The position numbers and the translations under genes are program-made. A stretch of 64,000 nucleotides of DNA. Origin: Octopus vulgaris (lineage: Eukaryota). The notes beneath the pieces were generated by a model that did no database searches, had not been told where the DNA came from, and was given only the letters and a program-made list of their open reading frames with translations. Positions 1 through 13,299 of this stretch are shown here, piece by piece (the stretch's first letter is position 1; each line of letters starts with the position of its first letter). Location of the stretch: contig OX597841.1 of assembly GCA_951406725.2 (NCBI GenBank), forward strand, positions 7,626,001 through 7,690,000. Direction: 5' to 3'.

Positions 1-950
1 CATACATACATACACACATATATACATGCATACATACATACATACATACATACATACATACGTACATACATACATACATACATACATACATACATACATA
101 CATACATACATACATACATACATACATACATACATACATACATACATACATACATACATACATACATACATACAACACATACATACATACATACATACAT
201 ACATACATACATACATACATACATACATACATACATACATACATACATACATACATACATACACACACATACATACATACATACATACATACATACATAC
301 ATACATACATACATACATACATACATACATACATACATACATACATACACAACATACATACATACATACATACATACATACATACATACATACATACATA
401 CATACATACATACATACATACATACATACATACATACTACATACATACATACATACATACATACATACATACATACATACATACATACATACATACATAC
501 ATACATACATACACACACATACATACATACATACATACATACATACATACATACATACATACATACATACATACATACATACATACATACATACATACAA
601 ACATACATACATACATACATACATACATACATACATACATACATACATACATACATACATACATACATACATACATACATACATACATACATACATACAT
701 ACATACGTACATACATACACACACATATGCATACATACATACATACATGCATACAAACATACATACATACATACATACATACATACATACATACATACAT
801 ACATACATACAAACATACATACATACATACATACATACAAACATACATACATACATACATACATACATACAAACATACATACATACATACATACAAACAT
901 ACATACATACATACATACATACATACATACTTACATACATACATACATAC

Positions 951-982
<32 letters not shown>

Positions 983-1033
983 GTACATACATACATACAT
1001 ACATACATACACATACATACATATATATATATA
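1..1033. repeat. (CATA)n tetranucleotide microsatellite, ~1 kb
   Basis: Directly visible; ORFs 26..1069 and 437..1018 are its HTYI/MYVC translations. Confidence 0.98.
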
Positions 1034-1048
1034 TCCTTTTTTTCTTTC

Positions 1049-1236
1049 TTACTTGTTTCAGCCTTTTAGTCGAGCAAATCAATCCCAGGACTTATTCTTT
1101 GCAAGCCTAGTACGTATTCTATCGGTCTCTTTTGCCGAACCGCTACGTTACGGGGACGTAAACACACCAGCATCGGTTGTCAAGTGATGCTGGGGGGACA
1201 AACATAGAAACACAAACATATACACACACACATACA

Positions 1237-1299
<63 letters not shown>

Positions 1300-1451
1300 G
1301 ACAGGCTTCTTTCAGTTTCCGTCTGCCAAATCCACTCACAAGGCTTTGGTCGACCCGAGGCTATAGTAGACACTTGCCCAAGATGTCACGCTGTGGAACT
1401 GTACCCGGAACCATGTGGCTGGTAAGCAAGCTACTTACCACACAGCCACTC
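1049..1451 (-). mobile_element. SINE family A (tRNA-like head, CORE-like domain, internal microsatellite), partly deleted
   Basis: Reverse complement matches copies at 12133, 26443 and 51509 (gtggctgtgtggtaagtagcttgc...cttgggcaagtgtct...gacggaaactgaaagaagcc...). Confidence 0.9.
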
Positions 1452-1524
1452 ATATATATATATATATAGAAGAAATACTAAATTTCTAAATCTCTCGTAG
1501 AGATATGTACGGTGGTGGGGCGAT

Positions 1525-1884
1525 AGAATGGTTGTGTACTATCACTCTAACACGAACGTGACAGTAGTGTATACACCAACGCTGTATAGCCCTAGAAAGC
1601 ATCGACGCCTCCTGATGGCTTTGACACATTTTTCCCTGTGTCCTTATATACATTTACGAAGGGGAGACAAACACCCCCGGCCGCCGGAGCTTCATCCTGA
1701 AACACGTGTCTCTAGATGCAGGCCTGGCTGCTGGGGGTGTTTGTCTCCCCTTCGTAAATGTATATAAGGACACAGGGAAAAATGTGTCAAAGCCATCAGG
1801 AGGCGTCGATGCTTTCTAGGGCTATACAGCGGTGGTGTATACACTACTGTCACGTTCGTGTTAGATTGGCAGTATACAACCATT

Positions 1885-1886
<2 letters not shown>
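1525..1886. repeat. 362-bp fold-back palindrome centred on ACACGTGT (1702-1709)
   Basis: Arms are reverse complements with the axis at 1705/1706; mirror ORFs 1528..1767 and 1692..1883 confirm this; followed by (TA)n. Confidence 0.95.
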
Positions 1887-1963
<77 letters not shown>

Positions 1964-2338
1964 CGACTAAGTGGCGGAGAAAGAGAAGTGAAAACCTTGG
2001 GTTACGAATTGATGTGGATAGATGAAGGTAAATACATTTTATAATTATTATATATTTTTTAAATATTGTATATAAAACTGAAGATCATAGAATGTGCTTC
2101 AAATTTAAGTTAATTTTTTAAAAATAAATTTATTTAGTTTGTACATTAATCGCGAAACTAGTTTTGTAAGAATCACAATAATTGATAAAATAGACTTCGT
2201 CTATCTCGCCTGCGTTACATCATTTTCGTACCAAGGAGAAAAGTCTGTCTGTTTTTTATTTTTATTCTAAAAACAACGGCCATTCAACACGTTCGAGTTC
2301 GGCTTTAACTGCTCTTCTCTCTCTCTCTTTCTCTTTGT

Positions 2339-2373
<35 letters not shown>

Positions 2374-2376
<3 letters not shown>

Positions 2377-2640
2377 TTAGGGCAGCGGACTCCCGGTCGT
2401 AGGATCGCGATTTCGATTCCCAGACCGGGCGCTGTGTGTGTTTATTGAGCGAAAACGCCTAAAAGCTCCACGACGCTCCGGCAGGGGGTGGCGAACCCTG
2501 CTGTACTTCTTCACCACTCTTTCTTCTGTTGGCCTGCTCGCTTAGCCAGCGGGATGGCGTCATTCGAAGGCTAAAACAATGCGAACGCATTGTGACCAGC
2601 GATGTGTAGCAACATCTGATGGTCTGGTCGGTCACGTGAT

Positions 2641-2648
<8 letters not shown>
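2374..2648 (+). mobile_element. SINE family C (tRNA-derived), 5'-truncated, within (TA)n
   Basis: tggttagggcagcggactc...tttcgattcccagaccggg head; near-identical to the copy at 61325-61630 including the tcacgtgat tail. Confidence 0.9.
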
Positions 2649-2685
<37 letters not shown>

Positions 2686-2773
2686 CATAATTTTCCGCTA
2701 TCAGCCCAGTGACAGATTAGAAAGCGTGTTTGGATGTGGATGAAGAAATATGTTTCTTCTCCATCTCCTTACC

Positions 2774-2835
<62 letters not shown>

Positions 2836-2839
<4 letters not shown>

Positions 2840-3234
2840 CACACACCACACACCACCATACCACATCGCACCACATCACGCCACACCACCACGTACACAC
2901 TAGCACAGACCACTACCCAGCACCCACACCATCACCCATACACCTACACATGCATACACGCACGCGCACCTTCGTTTTGGGATCACCACTACTTCATTAT
3001 CTCCCCTTCTTCCTAGCTCTCCTGTGTGACCCCTCCGTCCGGCATTCGCCATGATAGATCGCAAGCCACTAAACATTCTTTATTTTCTCTTCCTGTTTAT
3101 TTCTGCGTTCCTTTCTGTGGAAGAGATTAGACTCGAAACGTTAAAGACTTTTTCACTTTCCGAGCGTTAAACTAATTCATCTGTTTCTTGTCTACACCAC
3201 ATGTCTTCGTCTTTCGTTTTTTTTTGTGAATTCT

Positions 3235-3240
<6 letters not shown>
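2836..3240 (+). mobile_element. Probable Penelope-like element terminal (pLTR) fragment between (TA)n tracts
   Basis: 3045-3240 is similar to 27150-27360, contains a hammerhead-like motif and ends in (TA)n. The PLE assignment is inferred. Confidence 0.5.
3111..3147 (+). ncRNA. Degenerate minimal hammerhead-like motif
   Basis: cttt CTGTGGA a gag-attaga-ctc GAAACGTT aaag: stem I cttt/aaag, palindromic AACGTT; core deviates from CUGANGA. Confidence 0.45.
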
Positions 3241-3289
<49 letters not shown>

Positions 3290-3490
3290 GGTTGACGATG
3301 GGAAGGATGGCTTCCCTTTGCAAATACCGATAGGGCACAGAAGGTGTGTCAATATCCAGCTGAAGATGTTCTCCTGTGGCTACAAGCTACAGTAACATCC
3401 ACCCTTAATGGTTAGCCACATTTAGGTGGCAAATATACTTCACATTGTCGTGCAGTTACTGTTTATACCTCGTTCAGAAATTTATTATTG

Positions 3491-3539
<49 letters not shown>

Positions 3540-3722
3540 ACAAAATAAGGGCAAAAGAAAAATTCTAATGCCAAATATGCCGAAAAGACAAAATTGTCAA
3601 TAACCATTATAATTTATGCGTCTCGAAACAAACCGATAGAAATTTCTAAAAAATCCGTTATTACCGTATTGGTCCCAATTCCGGGGTTAATTCATAAGAG
3701 TTATAAATTATATATATATATA

Positions 3723-3984
3723 TATATTATATTAAATTAGATATAAAACCACTATTAGGCAAATCAATCAATGGAAAACATAAGCCAATACAATTCGTAA
3801 TCATTCGAGTTATGGTTACAGTCAATCTTCAGGTTAATTGAAATATTAATCTTAGCGAGGTTTAGCAAATTAACCTGAAGATTGACTGTAACCATAACTC
3901 TAATGATTACGAATTGTATTGGCTTATGTTTTTCATTGTTTGATTTGCCTAATAGTGGTTTTATCTCTAATTTAATATAATATA
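3723..3984. repeat. Fold-back inverted repeat, ~117-bp arms, 28-nt spacer
   Basis: 3723-3839 is the reverse complement of 3868-3984 with few mismatches; begins at a (TA)n tract. Confidence 0.93.
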
Positions 3985-4055
3985 ATATATTTATACTATC
4001 AAATTGAATTTAATCTGATTTTTCCCTGTAAGTTTGGATTTATTCCCTAATATTT

Positions 4056-4098
<43 letters not shown>

Positions 4099-4157
4099 AA
4101 CACACACACACACACAACACACGCACACGCACGCACGCACGCACACACCCATACATA

Positions 4158-5974
4158 CAGGGTAGCGCAACAGTTGTGCGGCAGTAAAATAAGTCTTTGC
4201 CATAAGCTCTTCCTATTTCTTACATTTCGTAAGTAAACGGGATAAATGTTGATAAGATGGTTTCTTTTAGAGAAGTCCTCAATAAATGTCCGTGTTGAAG
4301 TTACCTTTACGTGCTGTTCATTTTACACTGCTGTTTCATAGCCTTCATCACGAAATGAGGCCTATTGATCGGTGACCAGTTGGAAGGCTGTTGAACAGGT
4401 TTCAAGTGACGGGATGAAAGTAAGTTATGGTGATGATGCCCCATCATATGACCTTGTAAAACGCTGGCATCGTGAATTCAAACATAGCCGGAACTCTGTG
4501 GAAATAGCTCCCAGATCTGGTCGCCCCCTTCTGCCATTGATGAGGTATCTGTCCGTCAAGTTGAGGCTGCCATTTTGGAAGATCGACGCATAACTATTCG
4601 CCAAATAGCCCATGAGGTCAAGATTAGAACCGGGTCAGTGGAAACTATCATTCATGACCATTTGCATATGCAAAAGGTGTCTGCCAGATGGATTCCCAGA
4701 TTGCTCACACCTTTCCAGAAGCAAGAACGCGTCGAGTGCTCGAGGATGAATTTGGAGACGTGCCAAGGAGATGAGTCAAAATTTTTCAAAAGACTGATTA
4801 CACAGGATGAAACCTGGGTCCATCACTATGATCCAGAGACCAAAGCCCAGTCAATGCAGTGGAAGCACCGTGATCGAGAACGCAGTGGTAGACCAAGAAC
4901 GGCAACAGGGGAAGTAACTGCGACTACTGTACTTGCTCATATTCAACGGAACTCAGTAAAATCAACAAGGAAACTCTCACGTGAAACTGGCGTTTGGTTC
5001 ATCGGATTTTAAAAATGCGTTTCCCATCTGTTTAAATCCATTTAGCTCAAGATTTACATGGCGTTGACAGAGACCAAAGAATGGAATTCAGTGATTGAAT
5101 CCTTTCTAAAACACAATCATTTATTATTAAAAGCCTTATCTTCTCGGTTGAAACGATCTTTCACTTTACGGCATTGTTGATTTGGCATAAACTCCTGTAT
5201 TGGTCAGATGCCAGTTCACATTGGAAAGATAACAGCAATTCGCAGTACGAGCCTCCACTTACCTTGTGTTTCAGGAAGAAGCGATCGTCAGAGATATAGA
5301 AAGACTTCGGATGTTGATTTCTTATGTTTTCTTTCAAAGCTAACAGCAGTGTAAAATGTACATAACATAAAGGTAACTTCAACACGGACATTTATTGAAC
5401 AATCATTAGGCCCTATTTCAGCGACAGTTCAGTGAATAGAAGCTCATACTTACGAATGCTGGAATCTTTTTTGATGTCTCTTATTAACGATTTCTCTGCT
5501 GAGGAAAGAACTCGTACACGGTTTCACTAGGATGGCACAGCGGCACACTTTGCCATCGTTGTGCGAAATATTGTAAACGTTAATTTCGCCAACCGATGGA
5601 CTTCCAGGCGATGTCCTGCTTCATCTAACTCCCCTTGACTTTTTTCCTGTGGGGTCACCTTAAATCCGTTGGCTAAAGGACTCATCCACGGAGTGTTGAA
5701 GAATTTGAAAGAAAACATAAGAAATCAATATCCGAAGTCTGATGCCTTGAATAATGTACAAAATTCTTTTCGGTTCCGTTTTCAGAAACGTTAATGGACG
5801 CGAGGGAGATCTGCTTGAGCAATTATTCTAACCCTTTTTTTGGGGGGGTGGGGATAAATTTATAATTTTATGATAATGAATGTTAAGTAAATTAAATAAA
5901 AGATGATCATATCTCTCATATAAACGGGTTTTTTTTTCGTGATTAGGGTGGTACGTGACTTTTGCAATATCCTG
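4158..5974 (+). mobile_element. Decayed Tc1/mariner-superfamily (maT/DD37D-like) transposon with degenerate TIRs
   Basis: Ends tacagggtagcgcaacagt (4156) and reverse complement tacaggatattgcaaaagt (5976) match 15/19 including TA. Remnants translate to RLLNRFQVTG..DRERSGRPRT, DGTAAHF and PLDFFLWGHLKS, with stops and frameshifts. Confidence 0.75.
4412..4869 (+). pseudogene. Mariner transposase N-terminal fragment nested in the element above
   Basis: YGDDAPSYDLVKRWHREFK..APRSGRP, then frameshifted DRRIT..KVSARWIPRLL..ITQDETWVHHYDPETKAQSMQWKH (WVPRxL and first catalytic D motifs). Confidence 0.9.
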
Positions 5975-6304
5975 TATATGGCAGGATGAACAGAAAATGT
6001 ACCCCATCCGGTTATATCATTCCACACCAGCAAGATTAATTACAATTTCTACAGAGAAAGAGGACGAAGATCGTGGTTTTCTTACTATCCTTTGCTTTCT
6101 TTTCGTTTTAATTTTTGCATCAACCTTCTTCACGATTTTCTCTCGTGTTTTCTCATTGACCAGCCTCCTGGTTTTTAAACACATCCAACGATATGTAGCG
6201 GGCCTGAAACATTGCTTGGAGATATATGGAATGTTATATAAGGCTACCAGTTTGTTGTGTCTCTAAAACATGGAACAATTAGTGGCTCCTTTGTAAATTG
6301 TATA

Positions 6305-6471
6305 CAGGAGTGGCTGTGTGGTAAGTAGCCTGCTAACCAACCACATGGTTCCGGGTTCAGTCCCACTGCGTGGCATCTTGGGCAAGTGTCTTCTGCTATA
6401 GGCCCGGGCCGACCAATGCCTTGTGAGGGGATTTGGTAGACGGAAACTGAAAGAAGCCCGTCGTATATATG

Positions 6472-6504
<33 letters not shown>

Positions 6505-6706
6505 TTGTGCGTCCCGCTAGCATTGCTTGACAACCGATGCTGGTGTGTTTATGTCCCCATCACTTAGCGGTTCGGCAATAGAGACTGATAGAATAAGTAC
6601 TGGGCTTACAAAAAGAATAAGTCCCGGGGTCGATTTGCTCGATTAAAGGCGGTGCTCCGGCATGGCCGCAGTCAAAATGACTGAAACAAGTAAAAAAAAA
6701 AAAAAA
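6305..6706 (+). mobile_element. SINE family A, near full length
   Basis: Head, internal (TA)(TG) tract, 3' module ending gactgaaacaagt plus A-run. Confidence 0.92.
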
Positions 6707-6719
6707 TTCAATGAGATAT

Positions 6720-6773
<54 letters not shown>

Positions 6774-6867
6774 AAATATTCATACTCAGATACACACGGA
6801 CGAACACATATACATACACTCACACAGAGACACATTAAACACGTTTAGTTCATTTCTTGCTACCTTG

Positions 6868-7060
6868 GAGGCAGCAAACTGACTGAATCGTCAACGTAGC
6901 TGACATTTCCTCATCTTTACATTCAGGGTTCAAATTCCGCCGAGGTTGACTCTGACTTTCATCCTTTCGGAATAGTGAAAATGAATAGCAGTCAAGTAAA
7001 AGGATCGATATAGTCGACTAGCCGCTATCCCCCAAATTTTAGGCTTCGAGTCTATAATTT
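6868..7060 (+). mobile_element. Old degenerate SINE family B-related copy
   Basis: gggttcaaattccgccgaggttgactctgactttcatcctttcgg matches the family B body. Confidence 0.7.
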
Positions 7061-7068
7061 ATAAAGAA

Positions 7069-7460
7069 CTAGCAGTATCGCCCGGCGTTGCTCGGGTTTG
7101 TAAGGGAAATAACTATAAAGCATTTTTAGAGAGTTATAGCCAAAAAATAGGAAAAAATGCATTAAAAATGGAAAAAAATATTATGGTAAATTTTTTTTAA
7201 ATCGTTGACTCATCGTAGACATTTTTAGAGAGTTACTTCCCTTTATTAAAAAAATATGCATTAAAATAGAAAAAAATGATGGTAAATTATTTTTCAAATC
7301 GTAGACTCATCATAGACGTGCGCTAATACCCAGAAGGGCTCGATATGAATCACGACTATAAGATACCCGGTTTTGGTTAAACTGCATCGCAAAATGTGGG
7401 AGTAGTTAGGAATCTAAATCGGAGTAGACAGACACACAACTTGACTTTTATATATAAAGA
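7069..7460 (-). mobile_element. Non-autonomous Helitron-like element
   Basis: Minus strand starts 5'-TC and ends CTAG-3' followed by T, with a GC hairpin (cccgagcaacgccggg) about 12 nt from the 3' end; no TSD or TIR. Confidence 0.72.
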
Positions 7461-7589
7461 ATTTGTAATTATCATTATCAAAACTCTCGGCCTTGTTTGC
7501 TCTGATTCTGTGAAAGCGTAAAACTTGGTCATGGGTCTCTCAGAGTCGCTTTCCGCAAATTATAAGCTTTGGTACTTCGATGTTAGCCT

Positions 7590-7760
7590 ACCGTGGAAGA
7601 CACTCAACACCTGGCCACCATTCTGTAAATCCTAGCTGTCTCTAATAGAGTAGTTTCTTTGCTCTGCTCTCACCCCATGTCAATTCGAATCTCTCGGACA
7701 TATTTCACGAGCCTCGTTGTCATCCCGTATTTCAATTTCTGCATTGTCTGCCAATACGTT
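7590..7760 (-). mobile_element. Degenerate 3' coding end of an R4/Dong/NeSL-like non-LTR retrotransposon
   Basis: Minus strand translates, with disruptions, to TTRLVKYVREIRIDMG..TTLLETARI, resembling the QKxxLLGTARILR C-terminus. Confidence 0.45.
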
Positions 7761-8019
7761 GTATATTTTCTCTTTGATCTGTTTAACGACTACTCCCCCC
7801 TCCTCTCTCTCTCTCACACACACACACAATTGTTTCACTCTCCCTCTCTCCCTCCCTCAGTCTTTCTATATCTCTGATGATCGCGTCTTCCTGAAACACA
7901 AGACATTAATTTATTGACATTCTAGAAAATACATTCTTCTCATTTTCACTATGAATTCCATTTTTTCGCATTCGGCTAAGACCAGAATATCATCGGGTTC
8001 CTTACAATTCCCCTCTTTT

Positions 8020-8082
8020 ATATATATGCATGTCTATATATGTTTATATGTAAATATATACATGCACATATTCATATACACA

Positions 8083-8133
<51 letters not shown>

Positions 8134-8471
8134 ATTCATATATATATTTATGTATATACATATATATATATGTATACATGTGTGTGTGTATGTTTGCATG
8201 TATGCATGTATACATGTACGTACCTATAAATATGTGTATATATTTGTGTGTGTATATATATATATGTGCATACATGCATTCATACAGGCATCTATAAATT
8301 AATGTGTATGTATATGTATATGTGTGAATGAATATATATGCATACATTTACACTTACACACACATGTACATGTAAACACGCGTATAACATGGATATTTCT
8401 GAAAGCAAATACACACTCTTTATTTGTATGTATATTTGTATGGACACACATATATATGCATATACATATGC

Positions 8472-8546
<75 letters not shown>

Positions 8547-8619
8547 CAAAATGAGATAAATACATAAATACAAAGAATTGCAATGCAAAAATCTATTCCT
8601 CCATTTTCTTATTGTGTAT

Positions 8620-8677
<58 letters not shown>

Positions 8678-8807
8678 GCATGTATGTATGTACATATATA
8701 TATGTGTGTGTGTGTGCGTGTATGTATATACAAGTATATATGTATATCTGTATATATATTTAAATGTATTTATAAAGCTGTGAGTATACATGTATATGTG
8801 TATGCAG

Positions 8808-8843
<36 letters not shown>

Positions 8844-9640
8844 TCACACATATTTGTGAGTGTGTGTGTAAGTATGAATATGTGTGTGTATGCAAGTGCA
8901 TACATACATCTATATATATATTCACAGTTTTATTAATATAGATGTATGTATACAAAGATGTATAGTTATACATACATAGACACATACATACATACGTACA
9001 TAGACACATACATACATACATACATACATACTTACCTACCTACCTACATACATACATACATACATACATACATACATACACACATACATACATACAAACA
9101 TATATACATACATACATACATACATACATACATACATACATACATACATTCATATATACATACATACATACATACATACAAACATGCATGCATACATACA
9201 TACATACATGCATACATATATACATGCATGCATGCATACATACATACATTCATATATACATACATACATACATACATACATACATTCATATATACATACA
9301 TACATACATACATACGTACATACATACATACATACATGCATATATACATACATACATACATACATACATACATACATACATACATACATACATACATACA
9401 TACATACATACATACATACATACATACATACTTACATACGTATGTATAAACATCGAGGAAAAGAAGAGGAAGTAAAAACAAAGTAAGGGTCCATGTATTA
9501 TATGCAAATATATACTCTGCAGCTGAGAGAGATTCATATACACGCATATAAACAAACAAAGCAATTATATACACACATTATCAATGCTCATGTAGTTTAA
9601 ACGCACGCGCGCGCGCGTATACACGCACACACACACACAC

Positions 9641-9730
<90 letters not shown>

Positions 9731-9788
9731 GTATATATTTATATATACATATATATATATATATAGATATATATATGTATATATATAC

Positions 9789-9833
<45 letters not shown>

Positions 9834-9848
9834 TATGTATATATATAC

Positions 9849-9928
<80 letters not shown>

Positions 9929-10041
9929 ATATATATATGTATATATAAATATATACATATATATGTATATGTATATATTAATATATGCATATATATATAT
10001 ATATGTATATATATATGTATATATATATATATACATATATA

Positions 10042-10108
<67 letters not shown>

Positions 10109-10825
10109 ATATATATCTATACATCTATGCATACATGGACATACATAGTAATATATAAACTAGTAGATATACTTATATCCTCGTATTTGTTTCAGTTATT
10201 AGACTGAGGCCTAGCTGGAGCACCGCCTTGATGTATAATATGTTCGTTTAAGTGTGTGTGTGTGTGTGTGTGTGTGTAATAATGATGATATACACGTATG
10301 CATGTATAGTATGGGCAAAAGAAGCGTGAGAACACGGGAAGTATGTTTTATATGTGTAATGTGTGTATATGTGTGTGTGTTTGTGGGTGTACGTTTATAT
10401 ACGTGTGTGTGTGTGTGTGCGTGTGTGTGTGTATGTGTGTGTGTGTGTCTGTGTGTGTGTTAGCTTCCCGGTATGTTTGAATGCGTATATATGCACCTAT
10501 ATAAATCTATATAGTTACATATATAACTCTACACGCATTTATGCTTTTATACACACATATGTACAAATATATATGAATGCATACACGTACTTGCGCGCAT
10601 GCATATACATACATATATATATATATATTATATGTGTGCTTGAGTGTTGCTATGTGAGTATTAGTGATGTTTTTCTCTTATTCGTTCGTTATTCGATCCG
10701 TGAAGTCCAATATCCAGTTTAAACAATGTAGATCGCTCGTAAAAACCAGCTTAAATTGCGTATTGCACGCCGTTAGGCGCCGTCTGCAGGATATCGCACA
10801 AACCATTTGTATACCACTTATAAAT

Positions 10826-10856
<31 letters not shown>

Positions 10857-10911
10857 CATACATATATATAAATATATATATATATTTTTATACATATATG
10901 TATATATACCT

Positions 10912-10962
<51 letters not shown>

Positions 10963-11028
10963 TACATATATATCTATATATGTATATATATATATATATA
11001 TACACATCTATATATACTTACATATACA

Positions 11029-11064
<36 letters not shown>

Positions 11065-11160
11065 AATCTATCTATCTATATATGTATATATATACACATC
11101 TATATATACTTACATATACATATCTATCTATCTATCAATCTATCTATCTATCTATATATG

Positions 11161-11203
<43 letters not shown>

Positions 11204-11294
11204 CTATATATACATACATATATCAGTGATTTTATTGGTCCTGTTGCCGAAACAATCAACATGTTTTATGTGTGTACAGTTACATATGAATTCA

Positions 11295-11329
<35 letters not shown>

Positions 11330-12115
11330 GCATAGGTACATATCTATTTACATGTAAATGCTTATTTATACATAAAGATATATATTTATATATATATATA
11401 TATATATATACTTGCATATCAATATGTCTAAATATATGTATGTATGTACGTATATATCTATCAATCTATCTATCTATCTATCTGTGTGTGTATATATATA
11501 TATATTTATATGTATATACGTACATATATATACATATATATATATATGTATGTAGTAGATAGATAGATATTAATAAATGCATACATATATATATATATAC
11601 CTGCATACATATATATATATATATATGCATATAAACATATATATACACATATATGCATATATATATGTATATATATATATGTATATACATACATACATAT
11701 ATGAGTGTGTGTGTGTGTATGTGTGTGTGTGTGTGTTTATTTTTCAGGAGGCGCATTTAAAGTATAAATTACATCTAACACAAGCATGCTACACTCATAG
11801 ACAAACGCGTACAACACGTACCCCCGCCTCTCCCTCCTCTCCCCCTTCTCTCTCTCTCTCTCTTCCTTTCTTTCTTCTTTCCTTATTCATCACATACTTA
11901 GACATACACACACACACACACAAATACACGCAAAAGCTTAACACTTTTGATTCCTGCGATGATATGCGTGCTTAAATATCTATAGTCATACGATATGCAT
12001 ACTCACACTCACTTATAGACGTCTATACACATACACACACACATACGCATACACATACACAAACACAGGTACTCACCGATGCATACATACACGCACACAC
12101 ATACATACACAGACA
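8020..12115. repeat. Compound microsatellite field ((TA)n, (CATA)n, (TG)n, (TATC)n) with short unique islands
   Basis: Directly visible. Confidence 0.92.
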
Positions 12116-12132
12116 TATTTAAGCGTTTAATA

Positions 12133-12540
12133 GGCGCAGGAGTGGCTGTGTGGTAAGTAGCTTGCTAACCAACCACATGGTTCCGGGTTCAGTCCCACTG
12201 TGTGACACCTTGGGCAAGTGTCTTCTGCTATAGCCCCGGGCCGACCAAAGCCTTGTGAGTGGATTTGGTAGACGGAAACTGAAAGAAGCCCGTCGTATAT
12301 ATGTATATATATATGTGTGTGTGTATGTATTTGTGTGTCTGTGTTTGTCCCCCTAGCATTGCCTGACAACCGATTCTGGTGCGTTTATGTCCCCGTTACT
12401 TAGCGGTTCGGCAAAAAGAGACCGATAGAATAAGTACTGGGCTTACAAAAGAATAAGTCCCGGTGTCGAGTTGCTCGACTAAAGGCGGTGCTCCAGCATG
12501 GCCGCAGTCAAATGACTGAAACAAGAGTAAAAGAGAGAGA
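12133..12540 (+). mobile_element. SINE family A, full length
   Basis: ggcgcaggagtggctgtgtggtaag...gggttcagtccc (A/B-box-like)...accttgggcaagtg (CORE-like)...gactgaaacaagagtaaaagag. Confidence 0.93.
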
Positions 12541-12723
12541 CTATATATAGTCGTGTACGTATATATGTAATGTAAGTATATATATATGTATATATATACA
12601 CACATATTTAAGTGTGTCTATGTATACACAGATCTATATCTATATATATACTTATGTATATATACTTATAATAATGCAGTGTGTATACATATACATGTGT
12701 ATGTATATTTAAAGCTATGAATG

Positions 12724-12755
<32 letters not shown>

Positions 12756-13299
12756 CTTGAGTGTATGTGTTTACGTGTGTTTGTGAATCTAGGTGTGTAA
12801 ATGTGTGTATAACATTTTGCGTAACTTTGTTTAATGGTTATGTCTCTGGGCCCACTCTCTCCCTGTTTTTCTCTCCTACCCCTCCCTTTCTCTCCCTTTC
12901 TCTGAAAGACATACCCGCGCACTCACCAAAATACACGGACACACACACACACACACACACATACACATACACACATACACATACACATACATACATAGAA
13001 TCAACTATTTCTTTAAGCGAATGTCTTAACCTCGTGATGGTGGCGGCCTCCGGAAAGGTTTCAAATATTGCTTCACTGATATAAATGAAACAAAAACATG
13101 AACAGATCGATTTTTTCTAATGCTCTACCACAAAAACCATCCACTGCATGCTGGCCACTTCCCATTGACCATCGATTTGTCGTCACCATCACCACCACCA
13201 CCACCACCACCACCATCGTCATCTCTATATAACCACCACTGCTTCCGTTACCATCGTTTCTATATAACCACCAACAACAACATCATCCACGCCATAACG

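Noticed and set aside
4575-5012. Functional transposase or SETMAR-like gene
   Set aside because: Fragmentary and chimeric, lacks the second and third catalytic residues, no SET domain.
7870-7905. Hammerhead from CTGATGA..GAAAC (and mirror copy at ~5265-5295)
   Set aside because: No stem II or stem I pairing.
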